A DNA stretch of 64,000 nt, from contig CAVUAK010000003.1 in assembly GCA_963739455.1 (NCBI GenBank), forward strand, positions 320,001 through 384,000. Reading direction: 5' to 3'. A program made the position numbers and the translations under genes. The notes beneath the pieces were generated by a model that saw only the letters and a program-made list of their open reading frames with translations, was not told where the DNA came from and ran no database searches. This DNA is from an uncultured Gemmatimonadales bacterium (GTDB lineage Bacteria > Gemmatimonadota > Gemmatimonadetes > Gemmatimonadales > GWC2-71-9). Of the stretch, positions 60,192 to 64,000 are shown in pieces (within the stretch, counting starts at the first letter, position 1; every line of letters begins with the position of its first letter).

Positions 60192-60211
60192 TGGGGCGGA
60201 GGCTCGGACGG

Positions 60212-63200
60212 TTATGCGCTGCGGCGGACCTCGTCGGAGACGAGGGGCTCGACCAGCGACCGGCGCAGGAACGCTGACCGCGTGGCGGCGATGAGCGCGG
60301 GCGCATTCCTCGGCGCAACCCGCCGGAACATCCCACGAACAGCCTCCCACTCGACCAGCAGTGTCCTGGCGCGGGGGCTGGCCGTCTTTTCCTCGTGGGC
60401 ATGGATCAGTCGGTGCAGCAGCTGCTCGTCCTCCTCCTCGAGCGTCTCGAGCGCCACCATGTCGCTATTGACCCGGGAGTGGAACGTGCCCGCCTCGTCC
60501 AGTACGTAGGCCAGGCCGTTCGACATGCCCGCCCCGAAATTCCGGCCGGCCCGTCCCAGCACCACCACGATCCCAGCCGTCATGTATTCGCAGCAGTGAT
60601 TGCCGGCGCCCTCGATGACCGCAGTCGCCCCCGAGTTGCGCACGGCAAAGCGATCGCCTGCCTGGCCCGCGGCGAACAGCAAGCCGCCGGTGGCACCGTA
60701 GAGCGCGGTGTTGCCGAGCACGAGATGCTGCTGCGACTGACTGGCGTACGCCGCACGCCGAAAGTGCCGGATCGTGATCTCTCCGCCCGACAGACCCTTG
60801 CCCACGTAGTCATTCGCCTCGCCCTCGAGTTCGAGGTGCACGCCCTTGCTGAGGAATGCCCCGAAGCTCTGTCCCGCGCTGCCGGTGAAGCGCAGCCGGA
60901 TCCGCCCCTCAGGCAGTCCCGTATCACCGAACCGCCGCGCGATCTCGCCCGACACCCCTGCGCCAACCGCCAGGTGATGGTTCCGGATCGGGTAGTGACT
61001 GGAGAAGGGAAGCCCGCTCTCCAGGTAGGGTGCCAGTTCCTCGATGATCTCGCGATCGAGTGACACGAGACCCGGGCGGTTGTTCCGTGCCTCGGTGCGC
61101 TTCCGCGTCACCGTCGTGGCGCCCTTGGGTGGTGCCAGCAGCATCGACAGGTCCAGCAGCTGAGCCCGCGGCACGTCGGGATGGTCTACTCGCACCAGCA
61201 AGTCGTTGCGCCCGATCACTTCCTCGAGCGTGCGCGCACCGAGCGAGGCGAGGATTGCGCGCACCTCCTCGGCCACCAGAGTGAAATACGCGATGACCTG
61301 CTCCGGCGTGCCCTTGAACTTGGCCCGCAAGTCATCGCGCTGGGTCGCAATCCCCGTGGGGCAGGTGTTGCTGTGACACTGCCGCGCCATGGCACAGCCA
61401 AGTGCCACGAGCGGCGCGGTGCCGAAGCCGTATGACTCGGCGCCCAGGAGCGCGGCGATCACCACATCACGGCCGGTCTTGAGGCCGCCATCGGTGCGCA
61501 CCTCGATGCGATGACGCAGGCCGTTCCGCACCAGCGTCGCCTGGGTTTCCGCCAGGCCCAGCTCCCAGGGCGAGCCCGCATGCTTGATCGACGAGAGCGG
61601 CGAGGCGCCGGTCCCGCCGTTGTGCCCCGCGATGAGCACATAGTCCGCGTACGCCTTGCACACGCCCGCCGCGACCGTACCGACACCGGACTCCGCCACC
61701 AGCTTCACGCCGACACGCGCGCGCGGGTTCACCGTCTTGAGGTCGGTGATGAGCTGCGCCAGGTCCTCGATGGAGTAGATGTCGTGATGCGGCGGTGGCG
61801 AGATGAGCGGAATACCCGGCACTGCATGGCGCAGCCGCGCGATCAGTTCCGTCACCTTGTGCCCCGGCAGTTGCCCGCCCTCACCCGGCTTGGCGCCCTG
61901 CACGATCTTGATCTCGAGTTCCTCTGCGCGAACGAGGTACTCGGTGGTGACACCAAACCGGGCCGACGCCACCTGCTTGATCCGGTTGTCGAGCCGGTCG
62001 CCGTCGGTGGGTGTCCGGAACAGCGCGGGGTCCTCGCCGCCTTCGCCGGAATTCGACTTCGCATTCATCCGGTTCATGGCGATCGTGAGCGCCGCGTGCG
62101 CCTCGGGCGACAGGGCACCGAGCGACATCGCTGATGACACGAAGCGTCGGCGGATCGATTCCATCGGTTCGACTTCGGCCATGGGCACCGGCGTGCCCGG
62201 CCGGATGCCCAGCAGGTCACGCGGACCGGCGGGACGCCGCCCGCGATGCTTCGCAAGGAAGCCGTCGTACGCCTCGTCGTTGGTCGTGCCGCCCTTCACC
62301 GCCTGCTGCAGTGCCACGACCACCGGCGGGGCCCAGCCGTGGTCCTCGCCTTCCTTGCGGAAACGAACCCGGCCAAAGTCGGTCAGCCCTGATCCATCGA
62401 GCGCCGCCTCGTACGCGGCGGCGTGACGCGCCACCACGTCTTCGGCGAGTTCCGCGAAGCCGACGCCGCCTATCGGTGAGGTCGTGCCCGAGAACGCGGC
62501 GTCGATCACCTCGCGGCCCAGGCCCAGTGCCTCGAAGATCTGCGCCCCGCAATAGGACGAGAGCGTCGAGATGCCCATCTTCGAGAGGATCTTGAGCAAC
62601 CCCTTCTCGGCGGCGGTGCGATAGCGCTCCACCGCCTCAGCCGGGGTGGGTCGCGGGGTATCGGTCTGCTTCTTCGGCGCCTCCGCCTCGCCGAACATCG
62701 ACTCGACGCTGGCCAGTGCCAGCCATGGGTGCACCGCTTCGGCGCCGTAGCCGATCAGGCACGCGAAGTGGTGGATGTCGAACGCGTCGCCCGTCTCGGC
62801 GACGAGGCCGACCCGCGCACGCAGGCCGGTGCGCACCAGTTCCTGCCGGACGGCACCAATCGCGAGCAGCATCGGGATCGGCGCGCGCGTGGGACCGGCC
62901 GCGCGGTCGCTGACCACCAGGAGCTTGGCGCCGGCGCGCACCGCGCGTACGGCCTGGCTCGCCAGCAGCTCGAGCGCGGGCCGGAAGCCCTCGATGCCGT
63001 CGGCCGGATCCCAGATGGCATCGATGATCTCGGTGGGGAAGCCCCGCACGTTGAGCAGGCCCGCCATCTCCGTCGCCAGCAGCACCGGGTGCTCCACCCG
63101 CAGCATGCCGGCGGCATTCGGGCGCTCGACCAGCGGCGACCCGCGCCGGCCCAGGTGCATGCGGAGCGACATGACCATCGCCTCGCGGAGGGGATCGATC

Positions 63201-64000
63201 GGCGGGTTGGTGACCTGCGCGAAGCGCTGCCGGAAATAGGCGTACGCGCTCTGCGGGGTGCGCGCGAGCGGCGGAATGGGCGTGTCGTCGCCCATGCTCC
63301 ACACGGCGTCCACGCTGGTGGTGGCCATCGGCTCGAGCACCAGGCGCAGGTCCTCGAAGCCATAGCCGAACAGCCGCTGCCGCACGACGAGTTCATCGCC
63401 GGCGGGAGCGGGCAGTGTGCGGATCGGGTCAGGCACCAGCACCGCCATGTAGCGCCGCACCCACGTCTCGTACGGGTGGCGTCCCGCCACCTCGCGCTTC
63501 GCGTCGAGGTTGCGGATCACCTGGCCACGCTCGAGGTCGGCCACGAGCACCTCGCCCGGGCCCACCTTGCCGGTCTCGACGATCTCTTCCGGCTCGAGGT
63601 CGACCAGGCCCACCTCCGATCCAACCACGACGAGGCCGTCGTGCCGGATCTTGTAGCGGCAGGGCCGGAGGCCGTTGCGGTCCACCGATGCGCCGGCGAA
63701 TCGTCCGTCGGTGTAGGCGAGCGCCGCCGGACCGTCCCACGGTTCGTGCAGGATCTGGTGGTACTCGTAGAAGGCGCGCACCGCAGGGTCGACGTCGGGA
63801 TATTTCTCCCACGCCTGCGGGATCATCATCATCGTCGTGTGCACCGGGTCGCGCCCGGAACGCACGAACAGCTCCATGGCATTGTCCAGGCTCGCGGAGT
63901 CGCTGCCATGCGGCCAGACGACATCCTTGAGCCTGTCCTCGCGCCCTTCCCAGAGCGGTGACTTGAGCATCGGGGTCCGCATCGTCATCGCGTTGCGGTT
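60212..64000 (-). CDS. gltB: Glutamate synthase large subunit (3' part; 5' end outside window)
   Basis: [80 protein letters not shown] domain. Confidence 0.97.
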   Translation of the reverse strand, partial: NRNAMTMRTPMLKSPLWEGREDRLKDVVWPHGSDSASLDNAMELFVRSGRDPVHTTMMMIPQAWEKYPDVDPAVRAFYEYHQILHEPWDGPAALAYTDGRFAGASVDRNGLRPCRYKIRHDGLVVVGSEVGLVDLEPEEIVETGKVGPGEVLVADLERGQVIRNLDAKREVAGRHPYETWVRRYMAVLVPDPIRTLPAPAGDELVVRQRLFGYGFEDLRLVLEPMATTSVDAVWSMGDDTPIPPLARTPQSAYAYFRQRFAQVTNPPIDPLREAMVMSLRMHLGRRGSPLVERPNAAGMLRVEHPVLLATEMAGLLNVRGFPTEIIDAIWDPADGIEGFRPALELLASQAVRAVRAGAKLLVVSDRAAGPTRAPIPMLLAIGAVRQELVRTGLRARVGLVAETGDAFDIHHFACLIGYGAEAVHPWLALASVESMFGEAEAPKKQTDTPRPTPAEAVERYRTAAEKGLLKILSKMGISTLSSYCGAQIFEALGLGREVIDAAFSGTTSPIGGVGFAELAEDVVARHAAAYEAALDGSGLTDFGRVRFRKEGEDHGWAPPVVVALQQAVKGGTTNDEAYDGFLAKHRGRRPAGPRDLLGIRPGTPVPMAEVEPMESIRRRFVSSAMSLGALSPEAHAALTIAMNRMNAKSNSGEGGEDPALFRTPTDGDRLDNRIKQVASARFGVTTEYLVRAEELEIKIVQGAKPGEGGQLPGHKVTELIARLRHAVPGIPLISPPPHHDIYSIEDLAQLITDLKTVNPRARVGVKLVAESGVGTVAAGVCKAYADYVLIAGHNGGTGASPLSSIKHAGSPWELGLAETQATLVRNGLRHRIEVRTDGGLKTGRDVVIAALLGAESYGFGTAPLVALGCAMARQCHSNTCPTGIATQRDDLRAKFKGTPEQVIAYFTLVAEEVRAILASLGARTLEEVIGRNDLLVRVDHPDVPRAQLLDLSMLLAPPKGATTVTRKRTEARNNRPGLVSLDREIIEELAPYLESGLPFSSHYPIRNHHLAVGAGVSGEIARRFGDTGLPEGRIRLRFTGSAGQSFGAFLSKGVHLELEGEANDYVGKGLSGGEITIRHFRRAAYASQSQQHLVLGNTALYGATGGLLFAAGQAGDRFAVRNSGATAVIEGAGNHCCEYMTAGIVVVLGRAGRNFGAGMSNGLAYVLDEAGTFHSRVNSDMVALETLEEEDEQLLHRLIHAHEEKTASPRARTLLVEWEAVRGMFRRVAPRNAPALIAATRSAFLRRSLVEPLVSDEVRRSA

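Overview
High-GC bacterial chromosomal segment made mostly of core genes. The repertoire (tandem Ser/Thr kinase-TM-TPR genes, split pntAA/AB/B, a short RpoD/SigA-family sigma, a PIG-L/NEW3 protein) suggests Gemmatimonadota; this is inference, not verified. Housekeeping content: ettA (partial), thrABC, pntAA-pntAB-pntB, acnA, gltA, gltB (partial), speA, infA, a csp gene, queC/queE/queF, an Fe3+/thiamine-type ABC transporter, and M3 and M28 peptidases. At least 14 genes, including acnA and gltA, carry single-base frameshifts, most likely uncorrected long-read errors rather than pseudogenes. Main points of interest: (1) a catalytically intact, archaeal-type HMG-CoA synthase / thiolase / DUF35 trio (57440-60059); (2) a co-oriented queC-queE-degenerate HD-5'-nucleotidase-GGDEF-CGNR-pseudokinase/kinase cluster; (3) a ~145-nt rod-like structured RNA candidate between speA and gltA; (4) a ~155-bp duplicated gene-junction scar flanking an orphan lipoprotein; (5) cis-element candidates, including 21-bp-phased direct repeats, an IHF site plus sigma54-like promoter before a sigma factor, and a non-AUG start for speA. 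No rRNA, tRNA, CRISPR array, integrase or transposase was seen.
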